The notes below the pieces were generated by a model. It searched no databases. It was not told the DNA's origin and was given only the letters and a program-made list of their open reading frames with translations. DNA of 64,000 bases, from contig CAWJCS010000003.1 in assembly GCA_963841435.1 (NCBI GenBank), positions 736,001-800,000 on the forward strand. Reading direction: 5' to 3'. Position numbers and translations under genes: made by a program. Positions 26,594 to 37,601 of this stretch are shown here, in pieces; the first letter of the stretch is position 1, and the number at the start of each line of letters is the position of its first letter. The stretch comes from an uncultured delta proteobacterium (GTDB lineage: Bacteria > Myxococcota_A > Polyangia > Polyangiales > Polyangiaceae).

Positions 26594-27616
26594 ATGCGCG
26601 CGCTCGTGCTTCGCGGCGGTTTGGGGCTCGAGCACCTCGCCGTCGAGGAGCGCGCCGAGCCCGAGCCGGGGCCGGGCGAGGTGCGCGTGCGCGTCCACGC
26701 CGCGTCGCTCAACTACCGCGACCTCTTGATGGTGCGCGGCGAGTACGACCCGCGCTTGCCCCTGCCGATGATCCCGGGGTCCGATGCCGCGGGCGTCGTG
26801 GCGGCGCTCGGTGACGGCGTGACGCGCGTCGCGCTCGGCGACCGCGTGTGCCCCATCTTCGCGCGCGGCTGGCACACGGGCGCGCCCACGCGTTCGACGC
26901 CGCTCCTCGGCCTCGGCGGCCGCATCGACGGCACCTTCGCCGAGTCGATCGTCGCGAAGGCGGACGACCTCGTGCGGCTCCCTCGGCACCTCGACTTCGT
27001 CGAGGCGGCGACGCTCGGCTGCGCGGGCGTCACGGCCCACCACGCGCTCTTCGAGCAGGCGGCGATCGGCGCCGGTAGCACCGTGCTCGTGATCGGAACG
27101 GGCGGCGTGTCGCTCTACGCGCTCTTACTCGCGCATGCAGCGGGGGCGCGCGTGGTCGTCGTGAGCCGTTCGGCGGAAAAGCTCGCGCGCGCCCACGCGC
27201 TCGGTGCGAGCGACGGCGTCAACGCGAGCGAGACCCCGGCCTGGGGGCGCGCGGTGCGCCGGCTCACCAAGGACGCAGGCGTCGACCTGGTCGTCGAGGT
27301 CGGCGGTGCGGGCACGCTCGCGCAGTCGATTGACGCCGTACGCCCTGGCGGCACGATTGCGCTCATCGGGACGGTCGCGCCTTTCGGCCAGGCGCCGAGC
27401 CTCGTCCCCGTGACGATGCGCGAGATCCGCGTGCAGGGCATTCTCGTGGGGCCGCGCTCGAGCTTCGAGGCCCTCGTCGCGCGCTCGGAGGCCGCGCAGC
27501 TTCGCCCCGTGATCGACGGCGTGCACGCGCTCGGAGATTTCGTGCGAGCGTTCGAGCGGCTCGCGAGCGGCGAGCACTTCGGAAAGATCGTGCTCTCGCT
27601 CGCCAGCGAAGCGTAG
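26594..27616 (+). CDS. NAD(P)-dependent zinc-type alcohol dehydrogenase-like oxidoreductase (MDR)
   Basis: SLNYRDL, PGSDAAG, GTGGVS and HFGKIV motifs. Confidence 0.92.
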   Translation: MRALVLRGGLGLEHLAVEERAEPEPGPGEVRVRVHAASLNYRDLLMVRGEYDPRLPLPMIPGSDAAGVVAALGDGVTRVALGDRVCPIFARGWHTGAPTRSTPLLGLGGRIDGTFAESIVAKADDLVRLPRHLDFVEAATLGCAGVTAHHALFEQAAIGAGSTVLVIGTGGVSLYALLLAHAAGARVVVVSRSAEKLARAHALGASDGVNASETPAWGRAVRRLTKDAGVDLVVEVGGAGTLAQSIDAVRPGGTIALIGTVAPFGQAPSLVPVTMREIRVQGILVGPRSSFEALVARSEAAQLRPVIDGVHALGDFVRAFERLASGEHFGKIVLSLASEA

Positions 27617-27650
27617 GCGGCGACGCCGCGACCCGGCGCAGCGCGACCGT

Positions 27651-27735
27651 GGAACGACGTGCCCGGCGCTAACGGAACGACGTACGGCGCCAACCGAACG
27701 ACGCGCATCGCTAGCGGAACGACGTGCCCGGCGTG
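27651..27735 (+). repeat. Four intergenic direct repeats of (G/C)GAACGACG(T/C)
   Basis: Starts at 27651, 27674, 27695 and 27716. Confidence 0.8.
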
Positions 27736-28131
27736 TCGTGATCAATGGCGCGCGTCACGCAGGCGGAACGGTGCGCCCGGCGCGCACTCGTCGCCGCGCA
27801 GAGGTCGCCGACAAAAAATTTGCAATTCGTGAGACGCTGATTGACCTCGCGTGCGCTCACAAAAAAAACGTGGCCTCCGCAGCGGGTGCACTGAAGTTCT
27901 CATATCGGGCAGCGATGACGCATTTCGCAGTGTCGCAAGGACAACGCGTGCGTCGAGCGCGGCAAAATGCGCCCCAACGAGAAAGTGGGCCCGCGAACCG
28001 GGGTGAAAACGGCATGGAATTGAGGCCCGACGGGTACTTGAGGTCCGGTAGGGGATAGGTCAGAAACTCTATCGGCTGTCCGAACCGACACACCAAGAAG
28101 CACGGCTTCCACCCAGGATCAGAATCAGAAA

Positions 28132-29869
28132 ATGCTCCGCGTCCCCTCGCTTCGCTTCGCGCTCACAACTTTGACCACCCTCGGCGTCATCGCGGGCTGC
28201 GCCGCACAGGGCGACGACACGGCCGTGCCGAACCTCGTGCCAGGCACGGGCGGCAGCGCTGGCACGGTCAGCGGCGCAAGTGGCACGAGCGGCCTCGCGG
28301 GCAGCGTGGGCGGGGCGGCATCCGGTATGGGCGGCACGTTCGGTGCTGGAGGCTCGGGCGCCACGGCCACGGGCGGTACGTTCAGCGGCGGCAGCGCAGG
28401 CGTGTCGGGGCTCGGCGGTGCGGCGGGCGCGAGCGGGGGCCTGGCCGGCGTGGGGGCGGCCGGGTTCGGTGCCGGCGGCGCCATCGGTGCGGGCATGGGC
28501 GGCGCGGCGGGTGCGGGCGCAGGCGGCGCAGGTGCGGGCGGCGCGGGTGCGGGTGGCACGGGCGGCGGCACGCCGGGCAACTGCACGTTCACGGCGACGT
28601 CGCAGACCGCGGACAAGGCGGGCAACGGCGGCGTCCCGACGGTCGGCATCGTCAGCTGGTCGGTCGATTCTCACGGGCCTCACGAGCGCCAACATCGAGT
28701 TCGGGCTTCCGGGCGGCACCATGATGACGGCCCCTGTCGATCCGGCGGGCGGCCCGAATTTCAAGACGCTGTTGCTCGGCATGAAGGGATCGAAGACCTA
28801 CACGTTCCACATCAACGCGAGCAACGGCACCACGAGCTGCACGAGCACGGACTACATGATCATGACCGGCGCCGTGCCGAACAGCGTGCCGCGCATCACG
28901 CGCACGGCGGGCCCCGCGGCAGCGTCCCAGGCCAAGGGCTTCATCGTTGCGAGCACGGGCCTCGCGATGGGCTCGTCGATGGTGTTCATCCTCGATTCGG
29001 ACGCTGATCCGGTGTGGTGGACCACGGCGCCGACGCAGTGTAGCCGCGCCAAGATGAGCTACGACGGCCAGTACATGTGGATGATGTCGCTCAACGTGCA
29101 GAACGGGCAGGCCAACGGCGGCGGCGTTGACCGCGTGTCGATGGATGGCCTCACGCGAAACAGCAAGGTCAACGGGTTCTCGAACTGCCACCACGACCTC
29201 ACCGTGCTGCCCAACGGGAAGATCGCGTGCCCGTCGTGGATCCAGCAGAGCGGGGATCAGCCGAGCGACATCATCGAGGGGGACACGACCGGCACGACGA
29301 AGGTCGCGCGCCTCGATGCGACCGTGTATCCGGGCGGCAACAGCGCGTTCGGCGGGTCGAACACGTACCACGCCAACGCCATTCACTATCACCAGAAGGA
29401 CGACACGTTCACCGTCGGTGACCGCAATCCGAACCTGTTCGTGAAGGTGAGCCACACGGGTCAGGTGCTGTGGCAGTTCGGCGGGAGCTGCAGCGGGGTT
29501 GCCGCTCCGAAGTGCGTCGGCGGCAACTGGCAGGTGAACCACGGCCACGACTTTTCGGACGACGGCAGCGGGACGTTCCTGTTTTTCAACAATGCGACGA
29601 GCGGCGCCTCCACCGTCTACAAGTACACGATCAACGAAACCGGCACGTTTGCCGCCAATATGGTGTGGTCGTACAAGCCCGGCACGTCGAGCAACGTGCT
29701 CGGTGACGTCCAGGCGTTGCCGAACGGCAACACTCTGATCACGTTCTCGGTCGCAGCCCTGATCCACGAGATCGATCCGCAGCAAGCGTTGGTGCAATCG
29801 ATCAGCGGCGGCGCGGGCGGATATGCCGAGTGGCGCGAGACGCTGTACGGGCCGCCGCCGCGCTTCTGA
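28132..29869 (+). CDS. Arylsulfotransferase-like (ASST) lipoprotein; frameshift near 28670
   Basis: IAGC lipobox and Gly linker in one frame; HHDLTVLPNG, YHANAIHY, NHGHD and GDVQALPNGNTLIT in the next frame. Confidence 0.7.
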
Positions 29870-29991
29870 TCCGGCTGGTCACCCAGCAAGTTCACTGCTA
29901 GCTTTTGCGGGCGGTGAGCGGCACGCCCAGCCTGTCTTCGACGCGCCCTCACGCGCCGCTTCGCATCTGCCACAGGAGCTCGACGACACCC

Positions 29992-31218
29992 ATGAACGCT
30001 AAAATCCTCTTGGCCTTTTTGCCTGCGCTGCTGCTCGGCTGCAGCGGCGGCGACGACGATGCGAGCTCGAGCAGCGGCGGCGGGGCGGGCACCTCCGGCA
30101 CGGGAGCCGTCTCTGGGACGGGCGGCGGCGCGGGAACCGGCGGCGGCGCCGGGACGGGCGGTAGCAGCGGGTCGGGCGCCGGTAGCGGCGGGGCAAGCGG
30201 CGCGGGCGCGGGCGCGGGCGGCACTGGTCAGTGCGGCTCCACGACGCTGACGCTGTCCGAGGCCAACAACTACAGCTTCTCCAGCGACATCCAGCTCACG
30301 GCCGCGAAGGTCAAGCCGAACGCCGAGCTGATGTTCGATTGGTCGGGCCTCACGACGGATTTCTTGGGACGCGACATCAGCGCGACGGGGGACATCGACT
30401 CGGTGCTGCTGGTCGTGTTCAACGTGACGGTTGACGAGCTCGCGCAGCACATCAACGCCGACGACAACTCGCTCCAGCAGCTGCAGATGGGCGCGCTGCA
30501 GCTCGTGACGAACAACACGATCACGAGCTCGAGCCTCTACGATTTCGGTGTCCCCGGCGTGCCGGAGAACACCTACCGCACGTCGCCCGACGTGAAGACG
30601 ACCGTCAACGAGTATCTCGATCCGGCCATCAGCGATCCCGCGACCCACACGATCCTCATCATGCCCGCCTCGGGCCTCGTGCCGGGCGCCGGCAACCGTA
30701 TGATCCAGCCCCTGGTTCTCGGCGAGGATTCCGACCCGACCGACATCACGATCGGCGCGAGCACGCGGCTCCCGCCGGGCACCGGCGGCCACACGGGCGG
30801 CGCCATGGGCACGTCGGCGTCCGTCACGTTCGACGTGAATCTGACGTCGGTGGTGCCGGTCATGGTGCCCGCGTCGCAGCCGGCCATCACCATCGACTGG
30901 ACCCAGCTCGCAACCAACGGGCTCGGCCACCCCTGGCAGACGCGTTCGATCTACCTTGCCTTGGTGGGCCACTACTCGAAGACGCTCACCGAGCTGCAGG
31001 ACGACTTTTTGAACCTGCAGGAGCTCGCCGACGAGCTCTACAGCGGCGACGTTCCGTCGGACGAGCCGTTCGACTTGAGCACGCTCATGACGGACACGGG
31101 GCAAGCGTTCCCGGGCGTCGACTCGAGCGGCACCTGGATCATGGCGCTGTTCTGCGACCCGCGTTACTGCGGTAACCCCGCGCCCTGGTACCTCACCGTC
31201 CTCACGCCGTGTAACTGA
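29992..31218 (+). CDS. Hypothetical Gly-linker lipoprotein
   Basis: LLLGC lipobox; CGNPAPWYLTVL C-terminus. Confidence 0.8.
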   Translation: MNAKILLAFLPALLLGCSGGDDDASSSSGGGAGTSGTGAVSGTGGGAGTGGGAGTGGSSGSGAGSGGASGAGAGAGGTGQCGSTTLTLSEANNYSFSSDIQLTAAKVKPNAELMFDWSGLTTDFLGRDISATGDIDSVLLVVFNVTVDELAQHINADDNSLQQLQMGALQLVTNNTITSSSLYDFGVPGVPENTYRTSPDVKTTVNEYLDPAISDPATHTILIMPASGLVPGAGNRMIQPLVLGEDSDPTDITIGASTRLPPGTGGHTGGAMGTSASVTFDVNLTSVVPVMVPASQPAITIDWTQLATNGLGHPWQTRSIYLALVGHYSKTLTELQDDFLNLQELADELYSGDVPSDEPFDLSTLMTDTGQAFPGVDSSGTWIMALFCDPRYCGNPAPWYLTVLTPCN

Positions 31219-31228
31219 GCGCGCGGGG

Positions 31229-31951
31229 TCAGGTGGCGTCGGGCTTGCCGCAACGCGTGCTGCCCGGCTCTGCGAGGCAGCGCGTGCCCTTCTTGCACGT
31301 CTCGTCAGCCACGAATTGGCCGGCCGAGCAGCGCACGATGGCCGTGCCGCTCTCCGTGCAGGCGAAGCTGCCGTCAGAGCGGGGGTCGCAGGCGTCGCCC
31401 AGGCGCGCGACCGAGGTGTCGCAGTCGATCTTGCCGGCCTCGACGCTGCAGCCGCGCTCGCCTCGGCAGTCGTAACTCTTGTCGAGCTTGCCGTCGGCGC
31501 AGGCGAGCACTTCCTTGCCGCTCACCGAGCAAGCGTTCTTGCCCGCTGCGGCGCAAGCATCGCCCGGCTTCGCGACGGAAGCGTCGCACTGGGTATGCCC
31601 GGCTTCCTCGACGCAGCCGCCCTTGCCGCGGCAGGGAGACCGCACGTACTGGCCGCCGCGGCACGAAACGAGCGTCGTCGGGTCGGCGCAGACGGCGGCG
31701 CCCTCTTCGTCCTTCGAGCAGGCGTCGCCGTCCCGATTTTCGTGCACGTCGCACGCCGTCCCCTCGGGCTCGAGGCGGCAGCCGTTCTTGCCACGGCACG
31801 GCGACTCGATGAAGCGCCCGGCCTCACAGAGTAAAGCGCGCCCCGGATCGAGGCAGCGGGCCTCGCCCTTGTCGCACGAGCTACCAACGGCCGGCTTGCA
31901 AGCAGCGAAGGCGAGAGCCGCTCCGAGCGAAACCAAAAGCCGGGCCGTCAC
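31229..31951 (-). CDS. Cys-rich repeat lipoprotein
   Basis: FAAC lipobox; CRGxxGC and GDAC repeats. Confidence 0.8.
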   Translation of the reverse strand: MTARLLVSLGAALAFAACKPAVGSSCDKGEARCLDPGRALLCEAGRFIESPCRGKNGCRLEPEGTACDVHENRDGDACSKDEEGAAVCADPTTLVSCRGGQYVRSPCRGKGGCVEEAGHTQCDASVAKPGDACAAAGKNACSVSGKEVLACADGKLDKSYDCRGERGCSVEAGKIDCDTSVARLGDACDPRSDGSFACTESGTAIVRCSAGQFVADETCKKGTRCLAEPGSTRCGKPDAT

Positions 31952-31966
31952 GGCCCGCGAGCATAG

Positions 31967-32833
31967 TCAGCTCCGGCGCCGGCGCCAAAGTCCCGCGAGT
32001 CCGAGCGCACCGAGCACCCAGAGCGGACTTCCTGCGTGACCGGGCGCCGCGCCGAGCGCGCAGCTGGCGCTTGCCTGACCCTCTGCCTCGCCCTGGCAGC
32101 TGCCGTTCGCGCAATGGCCCGACGAGGACCCGCTCGCCTCCAGGTTGATGGCCGCGCGGAGTGCGTCGAGGCACTTTTGGAGGTTGCCGCCGTCGTCAAC
32201 GTACTGCCCGTCGCAGAAGACGGCGCCTTCGGGCTTTTGGCAAGCAACCTCGCACCCGCCCGAGAGCTCGGCCTTGCAGGAGACGTACGAGCGATTCTGG
32301 CAGCTGACCTGGCAGTGGGCGTTCGCCTCGGCTTCGCAGTGGCCCTGGCAGATGGCGTCGCACTTGGCCTCGCAGTCGACGGAGCCCTCGTGACCCTGAC
32401 ATTTTACGTCGCACTCGGCGGAAAACGTCGCCTTGCACGAGGCCATGCATTCGCCGTGATTGTCGGCCGCCATGCACTCACCCTCGCAGTGCGCCTCGCC
32501 CTCGGCATTGCAGTTGCCCGCGCAGTGGTAGCTCGGTGGGTCGACCTCGCAGTCGGCCTTGCAGGCTGCGAGATCGCAGCTCCCCGTGCAGGTTGCCGTG
32601 GCCGTCGCATTGCACTCGCCCTCGCAGCTCACCTCGAGCTTGCCGGCGCAGGCCGCTTCCATCGTGAGCGGCGTGCAGTTCGCCTCGCAGCCGCCCGTGA
32701 CGTCGGCCTCGCACGTGGCGTTGGCTTCGACGTGGATGTTGCCGCAGGCGTCAACGCCGGCCGCAGCCGGTTCGGCCCAGAAAAGGAATGGGGAGGCGGC
32801 GAGCGCCGCACACAAAGCAAGCTTGTTCGTCAT
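31967..32833 (-). CDS. Cys-rich secreted protein with MYXO-CTERM-like tail
   Basis: GGAGG RBS; CxxxC repeats; tail SCALG...LGLAGLWRRRRS. Confidence 0.8.
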   Translation of the reverse strand: MTNKLALCAALAASPFLFWAEPAAAGVDACGNIHVEANATCEADVTGGCEANCTPLTMEAACAGKLEVSCEGECNATATATCTGSCDLAACKADCEVDPPSYHCAGNCNAEGEAHCEGECMAADNHGECMASCKATFSAECDVKCQGHEGSVDCEAKCDAICQGHCEAEANAHCQVSCQNRSYVSCKAELSGGCEVACQKPEGAVFCDGQYVDDGGNLQKCLDALRAAINLEASGSSSGHCANGSCQGEAEGQASASCALGAAPGHAGSPLWVLGALGLAGLWRRRRS

Positions 32834-32915
32834 CGTAAGACCTCCATAAGCCGCGTAGCTCCCCAATGATACGCCATGCGGTGGGGGCGTGCTTCCCCGG
32901 AGCCGCACGGGCCGC

Positions 32916-35093
32916 TCAGGCGCTCCGCGCGGAGTAAAACGACCGCCCACCGTCGGCGAGCTCCACGAGAATCGGCGCCGGCCGGAAACGGGCCCCCTTG
33001 GTCTCCTCGAGCGCGCGCAGGCGCCGCACGATTTCCTTCGCGCCCATGGCGTCGACGTAACGGAAGGGGCCGCCGCGAAACGGCGGAAACCCGAGCCCGA
33101 ACACGGCGCCGATGTCGCCGTCCCGCGCACTTCGTAGGACACCGTCTCCCAGACAGTGCGCAGCCTCGTTCACCATCTGGAGCGCACAGCGGTCGGCGAT
33201 CTCCCCCGACGGGAGATCGAGCTTCGGCTCGACGCCGAGCACGGTGTAAACCGAGCGATCGACTTCGCGCTTGCCCTTCTTCTTCGACGAATAGTCGTAA
33301 AAACCGCGCCCGTTCTTCTTGCCGAAGCGCTGGTCCTCGACGAGCCGCTCGACGGCGGGCGGCGGCGCCATGCGCTCGCCGAACGCGTCGTGCAGAATTT
33401 TTCCGACCTTCAGCCCCACGTCGATGCCCACCTCGTCGAGCAGCGTGACGGGGCCCACCGGGAAACCCCAGCGCACGAGCGCGGCGTCGATGGCCTCGAC
33501 GGGCACGCCCTCGGCGAGCAAAAATGAGGCTTCGTTGAGGTATGGGCCGAGCGCTCGCGACGTGTAGAAGCCCGCGCCGTCGCCGACGACGATCACCGTC
33601 TTGCCCTGCTTTTTGCCGAGCTCGACGGCCGTCGCCACGACCCAGGGCGCCGTCTTCGGCGTGGCGATCACCTCGAGCAGGGGCATCTTGTTGACGGGCG
33701 AGAAGTAGTGCATGCCCACGACGCGCTCGGGGGCCTGGGCGGCCTCGGCGATCGACCCGATGGGCAGCGATGAAGTATTCGAGGCGAAAATCAGGTTCTT
33801 TCCACCACGCGACTCGACGTCTCGAAGCACTTGTTGCTTGAGCGAGAGATCCTCGAAGACGGCTTCGATGACGACATCGACCGCCTCGAAGCCGTCGTAG
33901 TCGGTCGTCGCCGTCACGCGCAACAGCTCGCGATCGCGATCGAAGGCGGGCAAGCGCCGGGTGCGCGCGCGCTCGACGATGAGCTCACGAACGTGAGACA
34001 GGCCGCGCGACAGCGACGCGTCGTCGCGATCTTTGAGGCGAACCGGAAGCTTGGCGTTGACCGCCGTCACGAACGCGATGCCCGCGCCCATGAGCCCCGC
34101 GCCCAGCACGCCGACGCGCTCGAGCTTGCCGGGCCCGACTGCCTCGTCGTTCACGCCGGAGTCCTTCTTGAGCTCGGTCTGGGCGAAGAAGATGCCCATC
34201 AATTCCCGGGCCTCGGCGCTCACGGCGAGCTCGCCGAAGGCCGCAGCCTCGGCGCCCAGCCCCGCCGGCATGCCGCGCGACAGGCCGAGCCGCACCACCT
34301 CCAAAATGCGTTCGGCCGCAGGGTAGTTGCCGTGCGTCTTCGCGAGCGTGCGCTTCTTCGCCTGACCGAAGAACACGCGACGGCCGAGGGGATTCTTGAC
34401 GAGCAGCGCCTCGGTCAGCGTCTTGCGATCGAGGTGCCGCTTCTTCGGCGGCGGTGCCGCCGCCACGCGGGCGAGCGCGAAGCGGGCCGCCACGTCGAGC
34501 AGGATGGCCTTGGGAACGACCTCGTCGACGAGCCCCGCGCGAAGCGCTCGCCGCGCGTCGAGCTGCTTGCCCGTGAGCAGGAGATCGAGCGCGGATTCGG
34601 TGCCGATCAGCCGCGGGAGGCGCTGCGTGCCACCAAGGGCGGGGAGGAGCCCGAGCTGCACCTCGGGTAGTCCGAGGCGAGTCTTGTCGTCGGACGTGGC
34701 GACGCGCGCGTGGCACGCGAGCGCGAGCTCGAGCCCTCCGCCGAGGCATGCGCCGTGAATCGCCGCGACGACGGGTTTCGGAAAGGCCGCGAGGCGATCG
34801 AGCACGCGCTGGCCGCGGCGCGAGAGCTCGCTCGCATCGGCCGCGCTCTTCGCGGCAATCAGCGTCTTGATGTCGGCGCCGGCGACGAAGCCGTCCGGCT
34901 TGCCGGAGGCGACCACGAGCGCTTTCACGTCGGCCGACGACTCGGCGTCATCGAGCACGAGCGAAAGCTCGTCGGCGAAGTTGCCGCGCAGCGTGTTCAC
35001 GCTCTCGCCCGGGACGTCGATGACGATGACGCCGACACCGTCGGGGCGCCGTTCGAGCACGAGGGCGCGGTTCGCGGGAGCCGCCTCGTTCAT
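32916..35093 (-). CDS. fadJ: Fatty acid oxidation complex alpha subunit (enoyl-CoA hydratase/3-hydroxyacyl-CoA dehydrogenase)
   Basis: AGADI, GGGLELAL, LPEVQLGL, GAGLMGAGI, SNTSS and GMHYFSPV motifs. Confidence 0.93.
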   Translation of the reverse strand: MNEAAPANRALVLERRPDGVGVIVIDVPGESVNTLRGNFADELSLVLDDAESSADVKALVVASGKPDGFVAGADIKTLIAAKSAADASELSRRGQRVLDRLAAFPKPVVAAIHGACLGGGLELALACHARVATSDDKTRLGLPEVQLGLLPALGGTQRLPRLIGTESALDLLLTGKQLDARRALRAGLVDEVVPKAILLDVAARFALARVAAAPPPKKRHLDRKTLTEALLVKNPLGRRVFFGQAKKRTLAKTHGNYPAAERILEVVRLGLSRGMPAGLGAEAAAFGELAVSAEARELMGIFFAQTELKKDSGVNDEAVGPGKLERVGVLGAGLMGAGIAFVTAVNAKLPVRLKDRDDASLSRGLSHVRELIVERARTRRLPAFDRDRELLRVTATTDYDGFEAVDVVIEAVFEDLSLKQQVLRDVESRGGKNLIFASNTSSLPIGSIAEAAQAPERVVGMHYFSPVNKMPLLEVIATPKTAPWVVATAVELGKKQGKTVIVVGDGAGFYTSRALGPYLNEASFLLAEGVPVEAIDAALVRWGFPVGPVTLLDEVGIDVGLKVGKILHDAFGERMAPPPAVERLVEDQRFGKKNGRGFYDYSSKKKGKREVDRSVYTVLGVEPKLDLPSGEIADRCALQMVNEAAHCLGDGVLRSARDGDIGAVFGLGFPPFRGGPFRYVDAMGAKEIVRRLRALEETKGARFRPAPILVELADGGRSFYSARSA

Positions 35094-36382
35094 GCCGACT
35101 CCAGGACGACCGCCGCGGCGAGCCCGCCCGCGGCGCACGCCGTGCACAGCGCGAACTCGCCGCCGCGGCGCCGGAGCTCGCGCAGCGTTTGCATGATCTG
35201 GCGCGCACCCGTGGCGGCGAACGGGTGCCCGAGGGCAATCGACCCGCCCATGACGTTGAGCTTTTCCCAATCGATCGTACCGAGCTTCTTGTCGCGGCCG
35301 AGCCTCTTTTGCGCGAAGCCGTCGCTCTCGAACGCCTGGATGTTGCTCAAGACCTGTGCCGAGAAAGCCTCGTGCATGTCGACGAGATCCATGTTCTTGA
35401 GCTTGAGAGAGGCGCGCTCGAGCGCGACGGGCGCGGCGTAGGCGGGCCCCTGCAGGAGCTGCTCCGCCGGATCCACGGCGGCGAAAGCCCAGCTTTTCAC
35501 GTAGCCGAGCGGCCGGTAGCCGAGCGCCTTGGCCTTGTCCTCACGCATGACGAGCAGCGCGCTCGCGCCGTCGGTGAGCGGCGAGCTGTTACCGGCAGTG
35601 ATGGTGCCGTACTTCCGATCGAACACCGGCTTGAGCTTGGCGTAGCTCTCGAGCTCACTGTCTTTTCGCACGAGGTTGTCCTGGGCGAAGGGCTCGAGCT
35701 TGGGCGGCGGATAGGTGGTCATCACGTCTTGGGCGAGGCGGCCGTCGGCCCAGGCCTGCGCGGCGAGCGTGTGACTGCGGTGTGCGAACTCGTCCTGAGC
35801 ACGCCGCGAGATGCCGTTCTCCTTGGCCATCTTTTCGGCGCTCTCGCCCATGGTAAGTCCCGTCGACGGCTCCTTGAGCGCGGGGGGCACCGGCACGAGA
35901 TCGCGCGCGGAGAGCCCGCGGAGCGCCCCGAGCTTGCCGCGGAGCGTCTTCTGACGGCTCATCGCGAGCAAGGCGTCGGCGAGCGGCTTCTGCGTGGCCA
36001 TCGGAATGTCGCTGGCGCTGTCGGCACCGCCGGCGATACCGCAGTCGATCACACCCGCCATGATCGACTCGGTGACGTTGATCATCGACTGGTAGCTCGT
36101 CGTGCAGGCGCGCGACACGCTGTAGGCGTCGACGCTCCGGGGCAGATCGACGGCCAGCACGATCTCGCGTGCGATGTTCGGCACGGCGAGCGACGGGATG
36201 ACCTGGCCGTACACGACCTGATCGACCTCGGCGGGGCGGACGCCCGTGCGCTCGAGCAGCTCCGCGACGCAGAGCCGGCCCAAGTCGAGCGCGGAGAGAC
36301 GCGCGTAGGCGGTCGCCTGCTTCGCGAACGGAGTCCTGACGCCCGCGACGACGGCGACCCGATCCTGATTGCCTTTTCCCAT
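35090..36382 (-). CDS. fadI: 3-ketoacyl-CoA thiolase
   Basis: SRACTTS, TAGNSSPLTDGA, HEAF, GHPFAATG and CAAGG motifs; overlaps fadJ start. Confidence 0.93.
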   Translation of the reverse strand: MGKGNQDRVAVVAGVRTPFAKQATAYARLSALDLGRLCVAELLERTGVRPAEVDQVVYGQVIPSLAVPNIAREIVLAVDLPRSVDAYSVSRACTTSYQSMINVTESIMAGVIDCGIAGGADSASDIPMATQKPLADALLAMSRQKTLRGKLGALRGLSARDLVPVPPALKEPSTGLTMGESAEKMAKENGISRRAQDEFAHRSHTLAAQAWADGRLAQDVMTTYPPPKLEPFAQDNLVRKDSELESYAKLKPVFDRKYGTITAGNSSPLTDGASALLVMREDKAKALGYRPLGYVKSWAFAAVDPAEQLLQGPAYAAPVALERASLKLKNMDLVDMHEAFSAQVLSNIQAFESDGFAQKRLGRDKKLGTIDWEKLNVMGGSIALGHPFAATGARQIMQTLRELRRRGGEFALCTACAAGGLAAAVVLESA

Positions 36383-36481
36383 GTGGTCTCGTGCGACCTC
36401 GGGTGCCTGGTTTTCATAGGGCAGCGTGACGCATCGTGTCAAGGCAGGCGCGCGGCCCAGGCCGCGCTAGTGGCCTTCGGC

Positions 36482-37030
36482 ATGGCCCAGGCGCCCGCGC
36501 GACCGCTGATCCCGGAACATCCCCTCTCAACCCCCGTCGCGTGCTGGGCGATCGGAGGCGTGACGTTGCTCCTCTTGCAGGCCGTCGTGCGGCTCACGCC
36601 GATCGCGCTCGAGCCGCTCAGACGCGGTGGGCTGGGCGCAGTCGAGCTCTCGGCGTACGTCGGCTGGGCTCTGGTGAGCCTCTACTCGGAGGGCTACCGA
36701 GGATTCCAGCGTGCCTTCGTTCCGCGCTCGGTGGCGCGCGCGTTCCACCTCGCACGCTCCGCGCCGGGGCCGCTGCTCGTCGCGCTCGCGCCGGCCTACG
36801 CCATGGGGCTCGTGGGCGCGCGGCGGCGGCGCCTCGTCACGTCATGGACGATCGTGGCGATGATCCTCGTCGCGGTGACGCTCGTGAGGCGGTTGCCGTA
36901 CCCGTGGCGTGGTGTCGTCGACGGCGGGGTCGTGGCGGGGCTCGTCTGGGGCGTCGTCAGCCTGGCCATCACCTTCGCGCGAGCGCTCGCCGGCAGCGTG
37001 CCCGAGCACGAACTCGATCTGCCGACCTGA
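36482..37030 (+). CDS. Membrane protein
   Basis: Four hydrophobic segments; YSEGYRGFQ motif. Confidence 0.75.
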   Translation: MAQAPARPLIPEHPLSTPVACWAIGGVTLLLLQAVVRLTPIALEPLRRGGLGAVELSAYVGWALVSLYSEGYRGFQRAFVPRSVARAFHLARSAPGPLLVALAPAYAMGLVGARRRRLVTSWTIVAMILVAVTLVRRLPYPWRGVVDGGVVAGLVWGVVSLAITFARALAGSVPEHELDLPT

Positions 37031-37097
37031 GCCAGCGCGAAAACGGGCCGCGCGGCGGCGCCGGGCAGGCAAGGACGGTCCTTGGGGCGGGCTGGTC

Positions 37098-37601
37098 TCA
37101 GCCGCTGCCCGTCCAGCTGACGCGTTCCTGATCGTCCGGGTCCTGCTGGGGCACGACGGAGGGCATGGTACCGCTCTGCGTCGTGCCGAAGCGAACGCGG
37201 ACGTTCACGCGCGAAACGAAAGGATCCTCGCAGAGAGCGCCGGCCAGCACGAACAGCTCTTGCTGGAATGCTTCGCTGCCTTCGATGGCCGCGAGCACCA
37301 GATCGCCGGAGCCGTGGAGCGCGGCGACGATGGCGCAAGATACCTCATTGCGAACGGCGCGAAGCTCCGCAGTGGCACCATCCGCGCAGAGCACGATCCC
37401 AACCCCCAACCGACCCGAACCCCGTTGCATCTCGCCGAGGCGATGCAGCGCCCGCGCGCCGAACTCCGCGGGAGCCTCGTTCGCCGTCTGGGCAATCACG
37501 GAGGCGTTCGGCGCGCGCCGCTGGTACTCCGTGATCCACTCGGGCCAGCCTGCGCCGGCCTCGATGACGACGATGGAAGTTCGATCCTGGTCCTTATCCA
37601 T
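37098..37601 (-). CDS. Hypothetical protein (similar to 42548-43033)
   Basis: IVVIEAGAGWP...EAPAEFGAR...LAGAL...VRVRFG. Confidence 0.7.
   Translation of the reverse strand: MDKDQDRTSIVVIEAGAGWPEWITEYQRRAPNASVIAQTANEAPAEFGARALHRLGEMQRGSGRLGVGIVLCADGATAELRAVRNEVSCAIVAALHGSGDLVLAAIEGSEAFQQELFVLAGALCEDPFVSRVNVRVRFGTTQSGTMPSVVPQQDPDDQERVSWTGSG

Noticed and set aside
27651-27735. Mini-CRISPR
   Set aside because: Cores of about 10 bp and spacers of 11-13 bp are far too short.
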